The notes under the pieces were generated by a model. The model ran no database searches, was not told where the DNA came from, and saw only the letters and a list, made by a program, of their open reading frames with translations. DNA of 63,992 bases, the filler included, from Vicugna vicugna (Eukaryota), in assembly GCA_013265495.1 (NCBI GenBank). It is 77 parts of 77 records of this genome, joined end to end, with 100 filler letters (N's around TTAATTAATTAA, not from the genome) between each part and the next. Parts side by side here need not be neighbours in the genome. Positions count along the whole stretch, not along the records: positions 24,708 to 25,147 come from PNXW01009958.1; positions 25,248 to 25,644 come from MU059539.1; positions 25,745 to 26,291 come from MU059540.1; positions 26,392 to 27,516 come from MU059541.1; positions 27,617 to 28,339 come from PNXW01009966.1; positions 28,440 to 29,816 come from MU059542.1; positions 29,917 to 31,078 come from MU059543.1; positions 31,179 to 32,025 come from MU059544.1; 69 more parts are not named here. One strand, 5' to 3'. A program made the position numbers and the translations under genes. Below are positions 24,708-36,090 of the stretch, in pieces. Within the stretch, counting starts at the first letter, position 1, and each line of letters begins with the position of its first letter.

Positions 24708-25147
24708 AGGCAGCCTCTGACACTGGGATATCCTACAATCAACCCTAGCATTACCTGTCACAGATAAATTAGGAAAAGCCTCAGGGGAGACTAGCTTAGG
24801 CATTCCGTTAGATCCCACGCGCTGCCGACCGTTGGTGGAACCTTCCCACGCTCAGGATTCCGGAACCATTTTCCGTGCGTGGGGGAGCTCGAGAGACTAC
24901 TCCACGCAGCTCTCTTCAGTCACAGGTGTTCCCTGTTCGGGGAAGTCCGTGAAAGACATTTCCTGACCTTGGGGAGGCAGCCTCGGACACTGGGATATCC
25001 TGCAATCACCCCTAGAATTCCCTGGCAGAGAGAAATTAGGAGAACCCTCAGGGGAGTCGAGCTTAGGCATTCCGTTAGAACGCACACGCTGCCGTCCATC
25101 CTTTGGTGGAACCTCCCCACGCTCAGCAATCCGGAACCATTGTCAGG
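24708..25147 (+). repeat. 267-bp satellite
   Basis: About 1.6 tandem monomers. Confidence 0.95.
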
Positions 25148-25247
25148 NNNNNNNNNNNNNNNNNNNNNNNNNNNNNNNNNNNNNNNNNNNNTTAATTAAT
25201 TAANNNNNNNNNNNNNNNNNNNNNNNNNNNNNNNNNNNNNNNNNNNN

Positions 25248-25644
25248 GACCCCAGAAAAACACACTTGCAGTGAATTCTACCCAAGAGATATTTAATTTG
25301 AATAGATTCCATCAACATGATATTCATTGTTCCGTTCATGCTACATGCATGATGGATTCGACAAACATGCATTCCTGAGTTGAGAGCATGTGGATTACTG
25401 ATCTTTCATCCTCTATAAAAGGAATGTTTTCATCTAGACACGTGTACTCATTTTNNNNNNNNNNNNNNNNNNNNNNNNNNNNNNNNNNNNNNNNNNNNNN
25501 NNNNNNNNNNNNNNNNNNNNNNNNNNATAGATATGTAATTTACAAGAATTCCATCTACATGGCATTCCGGGGTTTTGTTCATATTTCATCCATGACGGGT
25601 TCGACAAACATGGATTTCTGAGTTGTGAGCATGTGAATTAGTGA
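25248..25644 (+). repeat. Trimeric ~740-bp satellite, fragment
   Basis: A- and B-type subunits. Confidence 0.9.
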
Positions 25645-26391
25645 NNNNNNNNNNNNNNNNNNNNNNNNNNNNNNNNNNNNNNNNNNNNTTAATTAATTAA
25701 NNNNNNNNNNNNNNNNNNNNNNNNNNNNNNNNNNNNNNNNNNNNGAGCAAAGTTGTTTCTCCAACCCCCGAAAAAATTCCTCGAAGAACTGAAAACCCTG
25801 AATTTTGAAAGCAAACTACTATCATATAAAGAAGTGAAATAAATAATCCTCTTCATCAGGGTTTCAAGATCTGACTGAAGAATTTTTTGCATGCCATACT
25901 GAATCCTAGCACAGAAAAATCAGATGGACTAGTGGTGAGTATGTTCCAGGGAAATGGCAGTAATTCCTCCACTTGTAAAAGGACACACACTCAGNNNNNN
26001 NNNNNNNNNNNNNNNNNNNNNNNNNNNNNNNNNNNNNNNNNNNNNGCTTCAAGATGGTGATAACACGGTAGGACAGCTTGGAAGCATGCTTCTAACTGAG
26101 TCACCGGCATTCTTTCACTGCAGGGGGAAAAGGAGGCCCCCATTCAAGAGTAGAGATGTTCCTGTCATTTATCACAGGCCGTGCCTCGGGGACTCAGTGC
26201 CTGCAGTAGCCCTGCCGCAGGCGAGGACACGCAGGGTGGCCCACAAAAGCAGGAGGGGCACTTTGCTTGAGAAATCCCATCTCCGATGGGANNNNNNNNN
26301 NNNNNNNNNNNNNNNNNNNNNNNNNNNNNNNNNNNTTAATTAATTAANNNNNNNNNNNNNNNNNNNNNNNNNNNNNNNNNNNNNNNNNNNN

Positions 26392-26685
26392 AATATAAAC
26401 AATAATGATATATGTAACTATGCACAAGTTACTGATATTAGTACACATAGTTAAGAGATCATAAAAACAATCCGTTACCTATGATACTGTTGCCTATGGG
26501 TTGAAAGCATATAAATTAACTGCTGGAAATAAACACGAGGTCCACTCTTGACCTAGCGTCTTGCGGGCTAGAGTGAGACCCTCTCCACCAGCTTTTAGTA
26601 TTGTCTTCCTTTTAGTCTTGTCTTTCTTTTCTCAGTCCTGCAGCACAGATTTCTGGACCTGATCGATTGTCGGCTGGCTCCGACA
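26392..26685 (+). mobile_element. ERV LTR 3' portion (U3-R-U5), betaretrovirus/ERV2-like
   Basis: TATAAA at 26510, AATAAA at 26528 (very short R), pyrimidine-rich U5, terminus GCTGGCTCCGACA; no primer-binding site follows. Confidence 0.75.
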
Positions 26686-26865
26686 CGTTAGAACCCACGC
26701 GCTGCGACCGTTGGTGGAACCTCCCCACGCTCAGGATTCCGGAACCATTGTCAGTGCGTGGGGGAGCTCGAGAGACAACTCCACGCAGCTCTCTTCAGTC
26801 AAAGGTGTTCCCTGTTCGGGGAAGTCCGGGAAATAACTTCCCTTACCTTGGGGTGGCAGCCTCGG
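26686..26865 (+). repeat. 267-bp satellite abutting an LTR
   Basis: Starts CGTTAGAACCCACGC immediately after the LTR terminal CA. Confidence 0.95.
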
Positions 26866-27020
26866 NNNNNNNNNNNNNNNNNNNNNNNNNNNNNNNNNNN
26901 NNNNNNNNNNNNNNNNNNNNNNNNNNNNNNNNNNNNNNNNNNNNNNNNNNNNNNNNNNNNNNNNNNNNNNNNNNNNNNNNNNNNNNNNNNNNNNNNNNNN
27001 NNNNNNNNNNNNNNNNNNNN

Positions 27021-27516
27021 AAACTCAGGGATTTCTCGGACTTCCCCGGACAGGGAACTCCTGTGACTGAAGAGAGCTGCGTGGAGTTGTCTCTCGTGCT
27101 CCCCCACGCACTGATAACGGTTACGGAATACTGAGGTTGGGGAGGTTCCAACAAACGGTCAGCAGCGGGTGGGTCCTAACGGAATGCCTAAGCTCGACTC
27201 CCCTGAGGGTTTTCCTAATGTCTATGTTGCAGGGAATACTAGGGGTGATTGCAGGATATCCCAGTGCCCGAGGCTGCCTTCCCAAGATCAGGGAAGATAT
27301 TTGTCGAACTTCCCCAAACAAGGAACTCCTTTGACTGAAGAGAGCTGCGTGGAGTTGTCTCTCGAGCTCCCCCACGCACTGACAACGGTTCCGGAATCCT
27401 GAGCGTGGGGAGGTTCCACCAACGGTCGGCAGCGCTTGGGTTCTAAGGAATGCCTAAGCTCGTCTCCCCTCAGGTTTTTCTTAATGTCTCTGTGACAGGG
27501 AATTTTAGGGGTGATT
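27021..27516 (-). repeat. 267-bp satellite (opposite orientation to 26686-26865)
   Basis: Nearly two monomers on the reverse strand. Confidence 0.95.
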
Positions 27517-27616
27517 NNNNNNNNNNNNNNNNNNNNNNNNNNNNNNNNNNNNNNNNNNNNTTAATTAATTAANNNNNNNNNNNNNNNNNNNNNNNNNNNN
27601 NNNNNNNNNNNNNNNN

Positions 27617-28339
27617 CCGTGTTCATTACATGCTACATACATGACGGATTTGAAACATGCAATCCTGAGTTGAGAGCATATGGATTACTAATCTTTCATC
27701 CTCTAAAAAAGGAATATTATCATCTAGACTCCTGTACATATTTTCACAAGCTTTCCCTACCACAAAGTACGAATTCGTGCATTTTTCAGAGAAAAATAGT
27801 TTTGGAACAATTTTCACCTAACAAATATGTAATTTACATGAATTCCATCAACATGGCATTCCGGGTTCCGTACATGCTAAGTGTATGACGGATTCGGCAA
27901 TCATGCGTTTCTGACTTGTGAGCATGTGTATTACTGACCTTTCACCCACCAAAAAAGGCGTATATACATAAGAAATATTTAATCTGAGTTCATAGGTTTT
28001 TCCTAACACCAGGTTCAAAAATCCGGCATTTGGCACCAGAAAACACTCTTTGAGCGAAATCTCACCAATACAAATGTAATTTGCATTGTTTACATAACCA
28101 TGGCATTCCGTATTACGAACATGTTTCATGAATCACGGATTCCTCAAACTTCAATTTCTGAGTTGTGAACATGCGCCTGACTGAAGTTTCAAACACCAAA
28201 CAAGTTACCTATGCACTTTGATATATTTATTTTGACTATATATTTATTTTTGTAGTTTCTGCCTATCACCGGTATAAAGAATCACACTTTGATAGCAGAA
28301 AAACCCTCTTGGAGCGAATTCGTCCCTAGACATATGTAA
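27617..28339 (+). repeat. Trimeric ~740-bp satellite, nearly one full unit (A-B-C)
   Basis: ACGGATT anchor at 27644, 27888 and 28135. Confidence 0.93.
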
Positions 28340-28439
28340 NNNNNNNNNNNNNNNNNNNNNNNNNNNNNNNNNNNNNNNNNNNNTTAATTAATTAANNNNN
28401 NNNNNNNNNNNNNNNNNNNNNNNNNNNNNNNNNNNNNNN

Positions 28440-29816
28440 AGGCTGCCTCCCCAAAGTCAGTGAAGTTATTTCTCGGACTTCCCCTTACATGGAACACCTG
28501 TGCCTTAAGAGAGCTGCGTGGATTGTCTTTCGAGCTCCCCAACGCACTGACAATAGTTCCGGAATCCTGAGCGTGGGGAGGTTCCACCAACGGTCGGCAG
28601 CGCGTGGGTTCTAACGGAATGCCTAAGCTCGTATCCATTGAGGGTTTTCCTTATGTTTCTGTCCCAGGGAATGCTAGGGGGGTTTGCAGGATATCCCCGG
28701 GACAGAGACTGTATCCCCAAGGTCAGGGAAACTATTTCTCGAACTTCCCCTATCAGGGAAAACCTGTGACTGAGGAGAGCTGCGTGGAGTTGTCTCTCGA
28801 GCTCCCCCACGCACTGACAATGGTTACGGGATCCTGAGCGTGGGGAGGTTCCACCAACGGTCGGCAGCGCGTGGGTTCAAACGGAATGCCTAAGCTCGTC
28901 TCCCTTGAGGGTTTTCCTAATGTTTCTGTCCCAGGGAATGCTAGGGGGGTTTGCAGGATATCCCCGGGACAGAGACTGTATCCCCAAGGTCAGGGAAACT
29001 ATTTCTCGAACTTCCCCTATCAGGGAAAACCTGTGACTGAGGAGAGCTGCGTGGAGTTGTCTCTCGAGTTCCCTCACGCACTGACAATGGTTACGGGATC
29101 CTGAGCTTGGGGAGGTTCCAACAACGGTCGGCAGCGCGTGGGTTCTAACGGAATGCCTAAGCTCGTCTCCCCTGAGGGTTTTCCTAATGTCTCTGTGCCA
29201 GGGAATGCTAGGGGTGNNNNNNNNNNNNNNNNNNNNNNNNNNNNNNNNNNNNNNNNNNNNNNNNNNNNNNNNNNNNNNNNNNNNNNNNNNNNNNNNNNNN
29301 NNNNNNNNNNNNNNNNNNNNNNNNNNNNNNNNNNNNNNNNNNNNNNNNNNNNNNNNNNNNNNNNNNNNNNNNNNNNNNNNNNNNNNNNNNNNNNNNNNNN
29401 NNNNNNNNNNNNNNNNNNNNNNNNNNNNNNNNNNNNNNNNNNNNNNNNNNNNNNNNNNNNNNNNNNNNNNNNNNNNNNNNNNNNNNNNNNNNNNNNNNNN
29501 NNNNNNNNNNNNNNNNNNNNNNNNNNNNNNNNNNNNNNNNNNNNNNNNNNNNNNNNNNNNNNNNNNNNNNNNNNNNNNNNNNNNNNNNNNNNNNNNNNNN
29601 NNNNNNNNNNNNNNNNNNNNNNNNNNNNNNNNNNNNNNNNNNNNNNNNNNNNNNNNNNNNNNNNNNNNNNNNNNNNNNNNNNNNNNNNNNNNNNNNNNNN
29701 NNNNNNNNNNNNNTGTGCCAGGGTAGGGTTGATTGCAGGCTATCCCAGTGACAGAGGCTGCCTCCACAATTTCATGGAAAGTATTTCTCTGACTTCCCCG
29801 AACAGGGAACACCTGT
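28440..29816 (-). repeat. 267-bp satellite
   Basis: Equivalent positions at 28604, 28871 and 29138 give an exact 267-bp period. Confidence 0.97.
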
Positions 29817-29916
29817 NNNNNNNNNNNNNNNNNNNNNNNNNNNNNNNNNNNNNNNNNNNNTTAATTAATTAANNNNNNNNNNNNNNNNNNNNNNNNNNNN
29901 NNNNNNNNNNNNNNNN

Positions 29917-31070
29917 AATACAATCATAGTTGGAGATTTTAACACTGCATTAACATCACTAGACAGATCTTCCAGATAGAAAATAAACAAGGCAACAGAG
30001 AAATTAAATACTACAATAGAAAAACTAGATTTCGTGGATAGTTTCAGAGCATTACACCCCCAAAGTATAGAATATACATTCTTTTCAAGTGCACATGGAA
30101 CATTTTCCAGGATCGATCATGTTCTTGGACACAAAAGAAACCTCAACAAATTTAAGAAGATAGAAATTATCTCAAGCATCTTTACTGACCACAATGCCAT
30201 GAAACTGGAAATAAACAACAGAGAAACAAAGGAGAAAAAAAGGAAAGCATGGAGATTAAACAATATGTTATTGAAAAAACAATGGATCAATGAGGAAATC
30301 AAAGCTGAAATTAAAAAACACCGTGAGGCAAATGATAATGAAAGCACAACCACTCAAAACTGATGGGACACAGCAAATCAGTGCTAAGAGGGAAGTTTAT
30401 AGCGATACAGGCCTTCCTCAAAAAAGAAGAACAATCTCAAATAAACAAGTTAACNNNNNNNNNNNNNNNNNNNNNNNNNNNNNNNNNNNNNNNNNNNNNN
30501 NNNNNNNNNNNNNNNNNNNNNNNNNNNNNNNNNNNNNNNNNNNNNNNNNNNNNNNNNNNNNNNNNNNNNNNNNNNNNNNNNNNNNNNNNNNNNNNNNNNN
30601 NNNNNNNNNNNNNNNNNNNNNNNNNNNNNNNNNNNNNNNNNNNNNNNNNNNNNNNNNNNNNNNNNNNNNNNNNNNNNNNNNNNNNNNNNNNNNNNNNNNN
30701 NNNNNNNNNNNNNNNNNNNNNNNNNNNNNNNNNNNNNNNNNNNNNNNNNNNNNNNNNNNNNNNNNNNNNNNNNNNNNNNNNNNNNNNNNNNNNNNNNNNN
30801 NNNNNNNNNNNNNNNNNNNNNNNNNNNNNNNNNNNNNNNNNNNNNNNNNNNNNNNNNNNNNNNNNNNNNNNNNNNNNNNNNNNNNNNNNNNNNNNNNNNN
30901 NNNNNNNNNNNNNNNNNNNNNNNNNNNNNNNNNNNNNNNNNNNNNNNNNACTCATACCATCTGAAACTCTTCCAGATGATTGAAATGGAGGTAATACTCC
31001 CAAACTCATCCTATGAAGCCATCATCACCCTGATACCAAAACCAGGCAAAGACACTACAAAAAAAAGAGA
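29917..31070 (+). mobile_element. LINE-1 ORF2 fragment (APE endonuclease to linker), inactivated
   Basis: IIVGDFNT, YTFFSSAHGTFSRIDHVLGHK, IFTDHNAMKLEIN and [19 protein letters not shown] motifs; in-frame stops and a frameshift. Confidence 0.97.
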
Positions 31071-31178
31071 AGAGAGGCNNNNNNNNNNNNNNNNNNNNNN
31101 NNNNNNNNNNNNNNNNNNNNNNTTAATTAATTAANNNNNNNNNNNNNNNNNNNNNNNNNNNNNNNNNNNNNNNNNNNN

Positions 31179-32024
31179 TCAGGAATGCATGTTTTTCGTA
31201 TCCGTCATGCATGTAGCATGTACAGAACGCGGAATATCATGTATATACAATCTATTCAAATTACATATCTCTAGGGTAGTATTCGCTCCAAGAGGGTTTT
31301 TCTGGGATCAAAGTGTGATTCTTGAACCTGGTGATAGGAAGAAGGTACGAAGACAAAGTATATATATTTAAGTGCATAGGTAACTTGTAATGATTTAAAC
31401 ATCAGTCATGAGCATATTCACAACTCAGAAATGCATGTTTGAGGAATCGGTATTGCATGAAACATGTTCGGAATATGGAANNNNNNNNNNNNNNNNNNNN
31501 NNNNNNNNNNNNNNNNNNNNNNNNNNNNNNNNNNNNNNNNNNNNNNNNNNNNNNNNNNNNNNNNNNNNNNNNNNNNNNNNNNNNNNNNNNNNNNNNNNNN
31601 NNNNNNNNNNNNNNNNNNNNNNNNNNNNNNNNNNNNNNNNNNNNNNNNNNNNNNNNNNNNNNNNNNNNNNNNNNNNNNNNNNNNNNNNNNNNNNNNNNNN
31701 NNNNNNNNNNNNNNNNNNNNNNNNNNNNNNNNNNNNNNNNNNNNNNNNNNNNNNNNNNNNNNNNNNNNNNNNNNNNNNNNNNNNNNNNNNNNNNNNNNNN
31801 NNNNNNNNNNNNNNNNNNNNNNNNNNNNNNNNNNNNNNNNNNNNNNNNNNNNNNNNNNNNNNNNNNNNNNNNNNNNNNNNNNNNNNNNNNNNNNNNNNNN
31901 NNNNNNNNNNNNNNNNNNNNNNNNNNNNNNNNNNNNNNNNNNNNNNNNNNNNNNNNNNNNTTTACAGAACACGGAATATCATTTTGAAGGGATCTATTCA
32001 AATTACATATCTCTAGGGTAGAAT
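31179..32024 (-). repeat. Trimeric ~740-bp satellite
   Basis: Reverse-complement A and C subunits. Confidence 0.9.
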
Positions 32025-32125
32025 TNNNNNNNNNNNNNNNNNNNNNNNNNNNNNNNNNNNNNNNNNNNNTTAATTAATTAANNNNNNNNNNNNNNNNNNN
32101 NNNNNNNNNNNNNNNNNNNNNNNNN

Positions 32126-32385
32126 TGAATACACAGGAATCTGTTGCTTTTCTATACACAGCAAATACTAATGAACTATCAGAAAGAGAATGTAAGAAAA
32201 CGATGCTCTTTACAATTGCATCAGAAAGAGTCAAATAGCTAGGAATAATCTCAGCCATCGAAAAGAATGAAATTTTGCCATTAGCACGCACGTGGATGGA
32301 CCTGGACCTGTAATGCTTAGTAAAATAAGTCAGAGAAAGGCAAATACTGTATGTTATCACTTATAGGTAGAATTTAAAAAGTAAA
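32126..32385 (+). mobile_element. LINE-1 fragment with internal deletion (mid ORF2 joined to 3' end)
   Basis: ACACAGGAATCTGTTGCTTTTCTATACAC followed by CAGCCATCGAAAAGAATGAAATTTTGCCATT. Confidence 0.85.
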
Positions 32386-32485
32386 NNNNNNNNNNNNNNN
32401 NNNNNNNNNNNNNNNNNNNNNNNNNNNNNTTAATTAATTAANNNNNNNNNNNNNNNNNNNNNNNNNNNNNNNNNNNNNNNNNNNN

Positions 32486-33249
32486 GAATATAGAACTCAG
32501 AATGCTGAATAAAGTATTTAGAATATCGAATGTTGAACATAGTATATAGAAATTAGAATAGAGAATATAGAACCCCGAATTTAGAACATGGAATTTAGAA
32601 CACAAAATTTAGAATATAGGAAACAGAATACTGAGTATCGAACTTAGAATATAGAATGTAGAACTCAGAATATAGAATATAGGATACGAAATGTAGAATA
32701 TAGAATAAAGAATATAGAATGTTGAACACAAAATATAGAATATGGAAAACAGAATATAGAACGCAAAATTTAAAACATCGAATTCAGAACAAAGAATTTA
32801 GAGTATATACTACAGAATACTGAATATAAAATTTAGAATAAAGAATGCAGAACACAGAATATGGAATGTAGAATACGGAATGCAGAATATTGTATACAGA
32901 ATATAGAATGTAGAACACAGGATTTAGAATATTGAAAACAGAATATACAACCCAGAATTTAGAACATGGAATGCAGAACACAGAATTTGGAATATAAAAT
33001 GCGGAATACTGAATATAGAATTTAGAATATAGAATGAAGAACACAGAATATAGGATATAGACTATGGAATGCAGAATATAGNNNNNNNNNNNNNNNNNNN
33101 NNNNNNNNNNNNNNNNNNNNNNNNNNNNGTAGAACACAGAATTTAGAACATGGAATGCAATACACAGAATTTAGAATATTCAATAACGAATACTTAATAT
33201 AGAAAAGGAATATACAATTTAGAACACAGAATTTTGCATATAGAATTCA
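32486..33249 (+). repeat. Heptamer satellite
   Basis: Anchor at 32583, 32772 and 32961 (189-nt spacing). Confidence 0.95.
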
Positions 33250-33349
33250 NNNNNNNNNNNNNNNNNNNNNNNNNNNNNNNNNNNNNNNNNNNNTTAATTA
33301 ATTAANNNNNNNNNNNNNNNNNNNNNNNNNNNNNNNNNNNNNNNNNNNN

Positions 33350-34168
33350 TAAATTACATATCTGTTAGGTGAAAATTGTTCCAGAACTATTTTTATGTGA
33401 AAATTGCACGAATTCGAACTTTGTGGTAGGGAAAGCTTGTGAAAATGTGTACACGTGTCTAGATGATAATATTCCTTTTCTAGAGGACGAAAGATAGAAA
33501 TCCACATGCTCTCAACTCAAAATGCATGTTTGTCAAATCCGTCATTTATGTAGCATGTAGGGAACACGGAATATCATGTAGATGGAATCTATTCAAATTA
33601 CATATCTCTAGGGTAGAATTCGCTCCAAGAGGGTTTTTTTTNNNNNNNNNNNNNNNNNNNNNNNNNNNNNNNNNNNNNNNNNNNNNNNNNNNNNNNNNNN
33701 NNNNNNNNNNNNNNNNNNNNNNNNNNNNNNNNNNNNNNNNNNNNNNNNNNNNNNNNNNNNNNNNNNNNNNNNNNNNNNNNNNNNNNNNNNNNNNNNNNNN
33801 NNNNNNNNNNNNNNNNNNNNNNNNNNNNNNNNNNNNNNNNNNNNNNNNNNNNNNNNNNNNNNNNNNNNNNNNNNNNNNNNNNNNNNNNNNNNNNNNNNNN
33901 NNNNNNNNNNNNNNNNNNNNNNNNNNNNNNNNNNNNNNNNNNNNNNNNNNNNNNNNNNNNNNNNNNNNNNNNNNNNNNNNNNNNNNNNNNNNNNNNNNNN
34001 NNNNNNNNNNNNNNNNNNNNNNNNNNNNNNNNNNNNNNNNNNNNNNNNNNNNNNNNNNNNNNNNNAATGCCATGTTGTTGGAATTCATGTAAATTACACA
34101 TCTGTTAGGTGGAAATCGCTCAAGAAATATCTTTCTGTGAAAAATGCATGAATTCGAACTTGGTGTTA
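33350..34168 (-). repeat. Trimeric ~740-bp satellite
   Basis: Reverse-complement family sequence both sides of a gap. Confidence 0.9.
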
Positions 34169-34268
34169 NNNNNNNNNNNNNNNNNNNNNNNNNNNNNNNN
34201 NNNNNNNNNNNNTTAATTAATTAANNNNNNNNNNNNNNNNNNNNNNNNNNNNNNNNNNNNNNNNNNNN

Positions 34269-35359
34269 GAAAATGTGTACACGTGTCTACATGAAAATAT
34301 TACTTTTATAGAGAATTAAAGATTAGAAATCCACATGCTCTCAACTCAGGAATGCATGTTTGTCAAATCCGTCATATATGTAGCATGTACGGAACACGGA
34401 ATATCATGTAGATGGAATCTATTCAAATTACATATCTCTAGGGAGGAANNNNNNNNNNNNNNNNNNNNNNNNNNNNNNNNNNNNNNNNNNNNNNNNNNNN
34501 NNNNNNNNNNNNNNNNNNNNNNNNNNNNNNNNNNNNNNNNNNNNNNNNNNNNNNNNNNNNNNNNNNNNNNNNNNNNNNNNNNNNNNNNNNNNNNNNNNNN
34601 NNNNNNNNNNNNNNNNNNNNNNNNNNNNNNNNNNNNNNNNNNNNNNNNNNNNNNNNNNNNNNNNNNNNNNNNNNNNNNNNNNNNNNNNNNNNNNNNNNNN
34701 NNNNNNNNNNNNNNNNNNNNNNNNNNNNNNNNNNNNNNNNNNNNNNNNNNNNNNNNNNNNNNNNNNNNNNNNNNNNNNNNNNNNNNNNNNNNNNNNNNNN
34801 NNNNNNNNNNNNNNNNNNNNNNNNNNNNNNNNNNNNNNNNNNNNNNNNNNNNNNNNNNNNNNNNNNNNNNNNNNNNNNNNNNNNNNNNNNNNNNNNNNNN
34901 NNNNNNNNNNNNNNNNNNNNNNNNNNNNNNNNNNNNNNNNNNNNNNNNNNNNNNNNNNNNNNNNNNNNNNNNNNNNNNNNNNNNNNNNNNNNNNNNNNNN
35001 NNNNNNNNNNNNNNNNNNNNNNNNNNNNNNNNNNNNNNNNNNNNNNNNNNNNNNNNNNNNNNNNNNNNNNNNNNNNNNNNNNNNNNNAAGAATGTATATT
35101 TGTCGAATCCGTCATATATGTAGCATGTACGGAACACGGAATATCTTGTAGATGGAATCTATTCAAATTACGTATCTCTAGGGAAGAATGCGCTCCAAGA
35201 GGGTTTTTGTGGGATCAAAGTGTGATTCTTGAAACTGGTGATAGGAAGAAGTTACAATGTCAAAATAAATATTTCAGAGTGCATAGCTTACTTGTTTGGT
35301 GGTTGAAACTTCTGTCATGCGCATGTTCTCAACTCAGAAATGCATGTTTGAGGAATCCG
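34269..35359 (-). repeat. Trimeric ~740-bp satellite
   Basis: Same A-type block at 34362 and 35102 (740 apart, across a sized gap). Confidence 0.92.
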
Positions 35360-35899
35360 NNNNNNNNNNNNNNNNNNNNNNNNNNNNNNNNNNNNNNNNN
35401 NNNTTAATTAATTAANNNNNNNNNNNNNNNNNNNNNNNNNNNNNNNNNNNNNNNNNNNNAATGACGGGAAATTGTAAGGAAAAAGATATTGATTCATCCT
35501 GAGAAAACATTTTTCTGAGAGTCAGCAATGAAGAAGATGATCACTGAAGAAGGTAATGATTGTTCGAGTGAGACAAGCCCTGGGATGTACGGAGTCAGCA
35601 TCCCTGTCCTGGACACGGCACGTGTAGAGCTATGTGGTGGGTGAGGCGGTGCGGCCGCACAGGGAACGCGGATGCCGGGTCATTCGGCTGTGCTCAGGCC
35701 TGGTGGGACTTCCTGGTGGGACCTAAGGGCAGTGGACCGTCATTGACAGATTTTAAGTAGGGGAGTGGGGTGTCCTCGTAGTTCACTTTTGTCTTGTAGA
35801 GTGCTTGGAAACATTTAGAAGGCTTGGCAGGAGGTGATGTGATGAGTCAGAGTAGGGTGGCTGCAAGGTGTGGCAGTGTTCAATTTTCAAGTGGTTTTC

Positions 35900-36090
35900 A
35901 GTCCCAGGTTTGTGGCTCAGTAGCTGTGTCACTTTGGATGATGCACTCAAGGAAGTGAAACAATTTATCTAATCAATTGAAGCAGTGATGTACCGACCTC
36001 CCAGGACTGCTGTGGAGATCCAGTGAGATAACGTGTGCACAGTGTGCAGCGTGGTCTCCAGCACAGAGTCAATGCTGAGTGAGTGCCAGT
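35900..36090. mobile_element. MIR-like SINE remnant
   Basis: TAGCTGTGTCACTTTGG...ACCTCCCAGGACTGCTGTG...GAGATAACGTGTG resembles the MIR core. Confidence 0.5.

Noticed and set aside
25790..25866. Short inverted repeat (TGAAAACCCTGA / TCAGGGTTTCA) with a C-box-like TGATGA on the minus strand
   Set aside because: No D box (CTGA) beside the 3' stem, so a C/D snoRNA is not supported.
29917..31070. Potentially active L1 endonuclease
   Set aside because: In-frame stops (e.g. TGA at 30361) and a frameshift; fragmentary.
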